The translations under genes were made by a program, and so were the position numbers. A stretch of 53,949 nucleotides of DNA from a virus (lineage: Duplodnaviria > Caudoviricetes), in IMG/VR virus record IMGVR_UViG_3300021093_000101, positions 1 through 53,949 of that record. One strand, given 5' to 3'. Below, piece after piece: positions 47,784 to 53,949 of this stretch; position 1 is the stretch's first letter, and the number at the start of each line of letters is the position of its first letter. Below the pieces are notes generated by a model, which worked only from the letters and a program-made list of their open reading frames with translations, made no database searches and was not told the DNA's origin.

Positions 47784-49824
47784 CGCCAGCTTCCAAGAGA
47801 TCCTGAAATTTTGCAGGCGCTTCTTCTTTCCATTCGGACAATGCCTTGTCAATGTCCTCGTCGGAAATAAAAGCAGCTTCATCGATGCCGCCAAGCATCA
47901 ACCCTTCCACTTTCATGGGATCAATAGCATCCACCTTGCTGCTCACATTCTTGGCTGGTCCGCGCCGTTCGGGGTCGGGATCGGCTTTGCGCTTGCGAGC
48001 AACAATAGTCTGACGCTCTTCTTTGCTCATCGCCTGAGCCTTGGCCTGCGGCAAGCATTTAGGCTTGCCTTCTTTTTCTTCGCGGCCACCACAAGGCCCA
48101 AGAATTTCACCATTAGCACCAATCCTCACCCATTTTTCCTTAAACCATTGCTCAAGATCATCAGCATGAATTTCTCCTTCATCGCCCTTAAAAGCGCCAC
48201 TTAAAGAGCCATGCTTTTTCTTATACATCTCTTTATAGCTTTTTACCACATAACCACTCGCATAAGCCGAAGGCCACACCTTAAACTTTGCCTTTGCCGC
48301 AGCAGTAGCGCGGGAATGAAGCTCCTTGTCTGTGAATTTTACGTCGCCACGAATCTCTTCTAAATCTCGCGGCAGAAACAAACCAGCGGCATCTGCCACC
48401 TCCCGACTTCCGTCCATGGGAAGAGTGCCATTCTCTTCATTCAATGGGTCGCGTCCGCCAGGGGGCACATTCATTTTTCCCGGCTGCATCGGCAACTCGC
48501 GAACCACAGACGGATCAAGCGTGAGTTCCATGGACCATTCCGAGCCGCCATAGCGAGCATCTGCCACTTCCTTCGGAGTGAGCACGCCCAGTTGGATGTA
48601 ACGACCATCAACAGCAGCCACGCGAGCCCTTACGTCTGCCTTTTCGCGCTCATTAAGTTCAAACAAATCATTAAACTTGACGCGCCACGATTCAGGCAAG
48701 CGTCCACTAGTTGGGCCAGTGCGACTCAACATGATGTATTCCATCAACTTCTTCAGGGGACGATGGAAAGTGGCTTGTTGGTAATCTGCCAACGTTTTAG
48801 CAAAATCACGCTCTTCGCTTCTGCCAGTAGAGCCAAGGCCACTAGGGCTTTCGCCAAACAAAATCGTATGAGGAATCTTGGAGGCGCCAATAATATCCAC
48901 GCGCATTTTTTCCAGGATCTCGCCCACGCCGCCAAAATTGCGACTAATAAAAGCCAGCTCTTCTTTTTCTGCATCAATGGCATAGCCGCGATAAACGCTC
49001 TTGCTCATATCGTTTAGCACAAGACGATCCCTTACGTCTTTCTCCTTACCAGCAGCAAGCATTTGTGACAGGCCACGAATTTTATGCACAAAAATATCAA
49101 ACTCGCTTAAAAGCGTGGCAGCAGAATTTAAGCCGGTCCAGTAGTGCTTAAAGCTTTCATAGACAGTCTGCAAACTGCTCATTCCCCACCCATAGTTTCT
49201 CTGCCTAATGCGATAGGGAAGCCAGTCACCATCAAAGCGCAAAATGCGATCTTTATGAATGTACGTAAGCTGGGGCTGGCGGATGAGATCGCCAGAAATA
49301 ATTTGATAGTACGTTGCCTTGGAATAGTCGTATAGATTCTCTTCGTTGATAACTGGCGCAATCTGCCAGCGATCCAGCACTTCCATGCCTTCCACGGCAT
49401 AAATCTTGCTTTTGTCCACTGGCTGGTCAGCGGGACGACCATCGTCGATGTAAAGAAGAATGACAGAGCCGCCGTAAAGCCTTGCATTTTTGCTGGCTAG
49501 CATAAAATTTTCAAGGATGTGCAAGTCCTCAATCGCTTGCTCCACTCCCACCACTTCCTCAGCAGCAGCGCCTTCTCCTCCAAACAGCACCTTGAAGCCC
49601 TTGCGCGTGGCCTGTTCTGCATAGATGTCCACAATGCGACGCGGCAACCATTCGCCATAGAGAGCTTCAAGCTCCTCTTGAGCCAAGAAAACAATGGGCT
49701 GAGCGTTGGTATAAAGACTCTTGTCCCTGCCTGGCATTCCCATGCCCGTCAGAGCATTGGCAAGACCATCGTTCCGCAGGCCAGCGGCAGTGGCATGTCC
49801 TAAATCTACGCTTTCTTCAGACAT
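47773..49824 (-). CDS. portal protein (DUF1073 family) with C-terminal accessory domains
   Basis: ARLYGG, IHKDR.L.F.G, WGMS.L, IP.T.LFG.SP.G, F..L motifs; extension with WPSAYASG and WFKEKW..CG..KCLP. Confidence 0.88.
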   Translation of the reverse strand: MSEESVDLGHATAAGLRNDGLANALTGMGMPGRDKSLYTNAQPIVFLAQEELEALYGEWLPRRIVDIYAEQATRKGFKVLFGGEGAAAEEVVGVEQAIEDLHILENFMLASKNARLYGGSVILLYIDDGRPADQPVDKSKIYAVEGMEVLDRWQIAPVINEENLYDYSKATYYQIISGDLIRQPQLTYIHKDRILRFDGDWLPYRIRQRNYGWGMSSLQTVYESFKHYWTGLNSAATLLSEFDIFVHKIRGLSQMLAAGKEKDVRDRLVLNDMSKSVYRGYAIDAEKEELAFISRNFGGVGEILEKMRVDIIGASKIPHTILFGESPSGLGSTGRSEERDFAKTLADYQQATFHRPLKKLMEYIMLSRTGPTSGRLPESWRVKFNDLFELNEREKADVRARVAAVDGRYIQLGVLTPKEVADARYGGSEWSMELTLDPSVVRELPMQPGKMNVPPGGRDPLNEENGTLPMDGSREVADAAGLFLPRDLEEIRGDVKFTDKELHSRATAAAKAKFKVWPSAYASGYVVKSYKEMYKKKHGSLSGAFKGDEGEIHADDLEQWFKEKWVRIGANGEILGPCGGREEKEGKPKCLPQAKAQAMSKEERQTIVARKRKADPDPERRGPAKNVSSKVDAIDPMKVEGLMLGGIDEAAFISDEDIDKALSEWKEEAPAKFQDLLEAGDAE

Positions 49825-49890
49825 TGTTCAGAATGATGGGCTTGTCACTATTCTAGAAGCGGTTAAGATGTGCAGGAAGTTTTGGTGTTT

Positions 49891-50388
49891 ATGCCCACTC
49901 CCATTGAATTTGTCTTCTCCGAAGAGGAAAGAAAGCAAGCGATGGAGGAGGGATTGAGGCGGCAAGGCGTCAACGAAGCCAAAGGACTTCGTGGGCGGAA
50001 TAAAGGGGCGGCAGTGGGCCAGAAGGCTCTTGACATTCATTTGCTTGGCGCGGCGGGGGAAATGGCAGTAGCTTCATATTTGGGCATGAAAGACCACCTT
50101 TATAAAGAAAGCGAGGCTAGACGCGGTTCAGACGACTTGCCTGGCATCGATATAAAAACACGCTCGAAACACTCATACGATTTAATTGTGCAACGTAGTG
50201 AAAATCCAGCAAAAAAGTTTATCCTGGTTACTATTGAAAACAAAACCACTTTCATTCATGGCTGGTGTTATGGCCATGAAGCCATGCAGGAACAATATTG
50301 GGCTGACCCAGCACGGGGGCGTCCTGCATATTTCGTTCCTAAGGAAGCTTTAAAACCATTGTCGTCTCTTCAAGATGCTGCGCTGTAG
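49891..50388 (+). CDS. hypothetical protein, possible PD-(D/E)XK fold
   Basis: GAAGEMAVA.YL...D....IDIKT pattern; overlaps the terL start. Confidence 0.6.
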   Translation: MPTPIEFVFSEEERKQAMEEGLRRQGVNEAKGLRGRNKGAAVGQKALDIHLLGAAGEMAVASYLGMKDHLYKESEARRGSDDLPGIDIKTRSKHSYDLIVQRSENPAKKFILVTIENKTTFIHGWCYGHEAMQEQYWADPARGRPAYFVPKEALKPLSSLQDAAL

Positions 50389-51748
50389 TGAATTTGCCGA
50401 GCATGTGCTAAAAACGCCGTTATGGCCGCGTCAACAACGTGTGCTCAATAGCTTGTTTGAAGATAAAATCAGCCATGCCATTTGGTCGATGGGACGACGC
50501 AGTGGCAAAACTTTCATGGCATCAGTGGCTGCCACTTACATGGCATTCTGTCAAGACGAAGTGTTCCGTAGGAAGGTCAGGAAAGGGGAAAAGTGGTATG
50601 TGGTGACAGTGGCTAACGACTTGGGACAGTCCAAGATTGCTCTTGATAACATTCGCCAATTAATTATCAACAGCCCTTTAGAGCAAGAAATTGTTCGCGA
50701 AACAGCGTTAGAAATTGAACTAAGCAATGGCTGTGTGTTCCAAGCCATTCCAGCATCGGCACGCGCCTCTCGGGGTAAAGCAGTATGTGCAGTGGTTATG
50801 GACGAGCTGGCTTTCTCAATTGATGGTGATGCAAATAGGGGCGCTGAAGCGATGTACACAGCTCTTGCCCCTTCCATTGCTCAGTTCGGGAAATACGGAA
50901 AAGTTATTGAACTTTCATCGCCATGGTTGACAAGTGGTTTGTTTTATGACCATTTCAAACAAGCTCAAAGCGGCGACTTTCCTGGCATGCAAGCTTTGCA
51001 AATTCCCACCTGGGAAATCAATCCAAGCCTGCCTTTTGATTGCGACTTCCTGCAAAACGCCAGGAAGAAAGACGAAGAATCGTTTTGGGTGGAATATGGC
51101 GCTCAGTTTAGAAGCAATAATGCCGTGCTATTGGCGCCAGAGATTGTAGATATTGCTGTGAATAAAGACCGCACCATTCTTCCTCCAAAGAAAGAATTTA
51201 TGGGCACCTATGTGCTAGCCCTTGACCCTGCCCGTGGCGGCGTGGGCCGAGACGATTACACGGCTTGCATTGTTCATTACGAAGGCCAAAGGCTAATCGT
51301 GGACAAGTTTCATTCCTTCGAGCCTGATTTTGATATTGCTGGCAAGAAAGAAGTAAATATTGCAAAGGTGGAAGAATGGATTAAAGAACACCATCGCATT
51401 TACGACTTTGCCAGCATCGTGCTTGACCAGTTCAACTCCAGCGGCACCATCCAGACTCTTGCAAAAGAATTTCCCGTGGCAGAACTTGCCTGGTCAGTAA
51501 GTACCAAAATGAAAGCATTTAGCAAGATGAAAGAGCTTTTTAATGCTGGGCTTATGGAGCTATACCCCCACAAAAAAGCAGTGTGGCAACTTAAAAACTT
51601 GGGAGTTATTTATAGGCAGAGTGGGCAATGGAGCGTCACTGGTGGTAAAGAAACTGGCGTGGACGACTTTGCTTTTGCACTAGCTGGTGCCATTCTTGAA
51701 GCATCAAAAGACGATGATATTGATTGGCTGAATAGTCTCATTCGCTAA
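50375..51748 (+). CDS. terL: terminase large subunit
   Basis: Walker A GRRSGKT, Walker B VVMDE, LSSP coupling motif, RNase H-like LALDPA and DD. Confidence 0.9.
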   Translation: MLRCSEFAEHVLKTPLWPRQQRVLNSLFEDKISHAIWSMGRRSGKTFMASVAATYMAFCQDEVFRRKVRKGEKWYVVTVANDLGQSKIALDNIRQLIINSPLEQEIVRETALEIELSNGCVFQAIPASARASRGKAVCAVVMDELAFSIDGDANRGAEAMYTALAPSIAQFGKYGKVIELSSPWLTSGLFYDHFKQAQSGDFPGMQALQIPTWEINPSLPFDCDFLQNARKKDEESFWVEYGAQFRSNNAVLLAPEIVDIAVNKDRTILPPKKEFMGTYVLALDPARGGVGRDDYTACIVHYEGQRLIVDKFHSFEPDFDIAGKKEVNIAKVEEWIKEHHRIYDFASIVLDQFNSSGTIQTLAKEFPVAELAWSVSTKMKAFSKMKELFNAGLMELYPHKKAVWQLKNLGVIYRQSGQWSVTGGKETGVDDFAFALAGAILEASKDDDIDWLNSLIR

Positions 51749-51823
51749 TCGCAAATAGCAAATGGCCTGACAGTGTGTAGAATTTTCAACATTGCTGAAA
51801 AAGCATTTTTATGAAAATTAACG

Positions 51824-52000
51824 ATGAACAACTTTGATTTATCACTAAAAGAGGCCACTTATTTAGTGGCCTTGCTAGAGGCAGACAATCAAACGGCCCT
51901 GCAGCTTCTTTCTGCGGATCATTTTTACGAGCCTTCTTTGCTTCCTCGCCTCAAAAAGCATCAGCAAGGCTTGAAACAGCAACAGTTAAATCCGGCGTAG
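51824..52000 (+). CDS. hypothetical protein (58 aa)
   Basis: Read manually: MNNFDLSLKEATYLVALLEAD...; TAGAAT box upstream. Confidence 0.55.
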   Translation: MNNFDLSLKEATYLVALLEADNQTALQLLSADHFYEPSLLPRLKKHQQGLKQQQLNPA

Positions 52001-52025
52001 ACTAGGAAAACACGCCTTACTTCCC

Positions 52026-52265
52026 ATGGCTCTCTCTGCAGCGGCTGAGGAGGCTTTTCATGCGGCAATTGAAGCTGCTTATGCCATGGAAGATGCAGTG
52101 AAGCTATGGGGAAGAGAAGATAGGAGATCTTTGCTGGCCTATGAAACGTATGAGGCCCGCATGCAAAAATATTACGAATTAACACACAATTATCGCGAAC
52201 GCTTTTGGAGCAGGATTTGCAGCAAGGAGCCATGGCTGCCCAATTGTCGCCTATATGATGTGTAG
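52026..52265 (+). CDS. hypothetical protein
   Basis: Ends FW...C..EPW...CRLYDV, a CP12-like C-terminal pattern. Confidence 0.65.
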   Translation: MALSAAAEEAFHAAIEAAYAMEDAVKLWGREDRRSLLAYETYEARMQKYYELTHNYRERFWSRICSKEPWLPNCRLYDV

Positions 52266-52267
52266 CC

Positions 52268-52396
52268 ATGGTGAAGTTTTGCTTTTCGCTCCATGGCAAT
52301 CGCTATGAAGAGTGGGTGCCGTTTCACTGGGCTCGTCATAGAAATAAGCAATTGTTCCTAGAAGGCGCTGCCGTATACTGGTCGGAAGTCTGCTAA
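52268..52396 (+). CDS. hypothetical protein (42 aa)
   Basis: Read manually: MVKFCFSLHGNRYEEWVPFHWARHRNKQLFLEGAAVYWSEVC. Confidence 0.5.
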   Translation: MVKFCFSLHGNRYEEWVPFHWARHRNKQLFLEGAAVYWSEVC

Positions 52397-52405
52397 GCTT
52401 CTTAA

Positions 52406-52616
52406 GCTTCCTGCAGGAGCCCACTAGGCGCCTAGTGGTATTTAATAGGGGAGGGCTTCGGCTCTCTCCGCCCAACATCCTCGTCAATGTTGGTTTTTAG
52501 GGATTCCGTGGTTTTGTAGGCCCCTGGTATCCTGGGCGAGTTGAAGCGCCCATGATGAAGCAAGGCAGAGCACTGGCCGCACCAGTTGATCGTCTATTGC
52601 GACGAAACTCTGCCTC
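52406..52616 (+). ncRNA. candidate structured non-coding RNA (unassigned)
   Basis: Five or more consecutive hairpins including a cUUCGg tetraloop and a three-way junction, in a non-coding gap after a TAAGCT box and before the tRNA. Confidence 0.6.
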
Positions 52617-52619
52617 TTC

Positions 52620-52695
52620 GCCCCTGTAGCCCAATCAGGCAGTAGGCAAACGACTTAAAATCGTTCAAGTGCAGGTTCAAATCCTGCCAGGGGCA
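52620..52695 (+). tRNA. trnL: tRNA-Leu(UAA), short variable loop, no encoded CCA
   Basis: Acceptor GCCCCTG/CAGGGGC, discriminator A; anticodon arm AACGA-CTTAAAA-TCGTT; T arm GCAGG-TTCAAAT-CCTGC. Confidence 0.92.
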
Positions 52696-52711
52696 TCTGG
52701 TAAGCTAAAAG

Positions 52712-52778
52712 AACGTTCACCCTTTTAGGGGCGCATGCAAGCCAGGCACGGAACGGGGCCTGGATCATGGAGGAACGC
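52712..52778 (+). promoter_or_regulatory. glutamine-II (Downstream-peptide) riboswitch-like element
   Basis: CGTTCA-CCC/GGG hairpin-CGCA, then a CCAGGC/GCCTGG hairpin with loop GGAACG complementary to the 5' CGTTC; precedes a short peptide ORF. Confidence 0.75.
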
Positions 52779-52779
52779 C

Positions 52780-52881
52780 ATGAACAAGCTCATGCTTGTG
52801 AAGCTTCAGCTTCTAAAAGCCGCTCGGCTTCGCGAGGCCCAGTTGGCTTCAATCACTGGCTATCGCCTTTGCCTCGCTTGA
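52780..52881 (+). CDS. riboswitch-associated downstream peptide (33 aa)
   Basis: Read manually: GGAGG RBS, MNKLMLVKLQLLKAARLREAQLASITGYRLCLA. Confidence 0.7.
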   Translation: MNKLMLVKLQLLKAARLREAQLASITGYRLCLA

Positions 52882-52884
52882 GGC

Positions 52885-53043
52885 TTATTTCCAGCCGCTC
52901 TTGTCTATTTGGCAAGGGCGGTATTTTTGTCCTCTGTATTTCAGCCAAAGTGCAGGGCGATGCACCCATTGCCACCAAGAAGTGAATTCTTCGGCGGCCT
53001 CTTCCTTGTAGTAAGGCACACCACGGTACACAAGTGTAGTCAT
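52885..53043 (-). CDS. DUF4278-like small protein
   Basis: Two L.YRG..Y motifs (LVYRGVPY, LKYRGQKY). Confidence 0.75.
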   Translation of the reverse strand: MTTLVYRGVPYYKEEAAEEFTSWWQWVHRPALWLKYRGQKYRPCQIDKSGWK

Positions 53044-53127
53044 TGCTACGAAAGCAATTTCTTCAATGCTACGCCTGTAAAATTGCTCAATCATTCTCTT
53101 GCTGCTACATTAATTGTTAAGAAAATA

Positions 53128-53325
53128 TTATTCCTCTTGTTTGTGAATGTAAGTTTTAAGCTCATGCAAATAAGTTCTTAATTGAGCAGCTTTCGCTAGG
53201 TGCCAAGGGTCACGATGGAGGAAATATAAGCGCATGTGTTCATCAACTGCTTTTAACAATTGATGAATAATGGGATTCCATGGCGCTCTAATGGGCGTGT
53301 TGAACGTCCGTTTGCGCTCGTCCAT
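53128..53325 (-). CDS. hypothetical protein
   Basis: FNTPIR.PWN.IIH..LKAVD.H motif; probable ATG at 53325. Confidence 0.7.
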   Translation of the reverse strand: MDERKRTFNTPIRAPWNPIIHQLLKAVDEHMRLYFLHRDPWHLAKAAQLRTYLHELKTYIHKQEE

Positions 53326-53860
53326 CGCCCTTGAAATAGGCAACAATGTCTTCTAATGCTACAGGCGTAAAATTGTTTCTCTCTACACATCCGTTGAAAT
53401 AACGACGATCAACATCTCCATCTTTAAGCACTAAATGGCAATGCAAGTGTCCATGAACATTGCCTTGATAGTGCCCTTGAAGATTATCGGGATGCACGGG
53501 AATGTGCGTGAAGATAAGGCCGCCAAGCATGGTAGAACCACCATGGTAGAAATGAGCGCCACGAATGTCTTCAAAATGCTCTGCGTAATCTTTAAGCTTA
53601 AAACAATCATGATTGCCCCTTATCAAAATCTTTCTTCCATTACACTTAGCCAAGTTAGCTAAGCCACTCCTAGGAATTGCAACGTCGCCCAAGTGATACA
53701 CAGTGTCTTTAGCTTTGACCACGGAGTTCCATCGCTCCACCATTGTCTCGTCCATTTCTTCAACAGAATCAAAAGGACGCAATGGGGAACCATCGGGCTG
53801 GATGAACGACAAGCTTTTGGCATGTCCCCAGTGGGTGTCTCCAATGACAAAGGCGCTCAT
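53288..53860 (-). CDS. calcineurin-like metallophosphoesterase
   Basis: DTHWGH, HLGD, GNHD, H.P and HGHLH motifs. Confidence 0.9.
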   Translation of the reverse strand: MSAFVIGDTHWGHAKSLSFIQPDGSPLRPFDSVEEMDETMVERWNSVVKAKDTVYHLGDVAIPRSGLANLAKCNGRKILIRGNHDCFKLKDYAEHFEDIRGAHFYHGGSTMLGGLIFTHIPVHPDNLQGHYQGNVHGHLHCHLVLKDGDVDRRYFNGCVERNNFTPVALEDIVAYFKGDGRAQTDVQHAH

Positions 53861-53861
53861 G

Positions 53862-53883
53862 AGAAAGGGGGCTTTCGCCCCCT
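53862..53883 (-). terminator. GC hairpin, terminator-like
   Basis: GGGGGC-GAAA-GCCCCC followed by TTTCT on the minus strand, just before the phosphoesterase ATG. Confidence 0.45.
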
Positions 53884-53949
53884 AGCCTATCAAGCCCGAC
53901 CGTAAGAAGGTAGGTCGTAATTTGGTGCCTCAAAGAAAGCAATTTGCCT

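Noticed and set aside
47773-49824. Anti-CBASS Acb1 label sometimes attached to DUF1073 proteins
   Set aside because: No paired HxT/S 2H-phosphoesterase motifs were recognised in the extension; synteny indicates a portal.
477-51748. Stop-codon reassignment or introns/inteins in core genes
   Set aside because: Core genes are intact in the standard code with normal lengths, all three stop codons are used, and there is no suppressor tRNA.
52563-52615. Hammerhead ribozyme (three stems, TGAT and GAAAC)
   Set aside because: The core lacks CUGAnGA (reads TTGATCG) and the NUH site; kept only as a three-way junction within the candidate ncRNA.

Overview
This window looks like an apparently complete ~54 kb tailed-phage (siphovirus-type) genome. 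The host is most likely a picocyanobacterium, inferred from a glutamine-II/Downstream-peptide riboswitch, a DUF4278-type peptide and a cyanophage-type basic RGQG peptide. Modules in order: (1) replication/recombination and nucleotide metabolism (primase-helicase, DGQHR/ParB-like protein, Sak3/DUF1071 annealase, PD-(D/E)XK exonuclease, SSB-like protein, dcd, thyX, DUF3310, HNH); (2) lysis (holin-like genes, C39 peptidase); (3) a minus-strand tail/head operon (fibres, tip, 2413-aa tape measure, G/GT chaperones, tube, DUF2184 capsid, DUF2213 protease, DUF1073 portal) interrupted by a six-gene glycosylation cassette; (4) a divergently transcribed TerL; (5) an RNA-rich end region (candidate structured ncRNA, tRNA-Leu(UAA), glutamine riboswitch). 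I recognised no integrase, DNA polymerase or small terminase. Most notable: besides the usual tail-chaperone frameshift there are two further well-formed -1 frameshift signals. One adds a 35-aa tail resembling the cyanobacterial DnaX C-terminus to the annealase. The other fuses two small basic head-region domains. A recurring R/H/K-x-D motif marks domain borders in the head proteins and suggests protease-processed cargo polyproteins. All family assignments come from motif recognition by eye; no searches were run.
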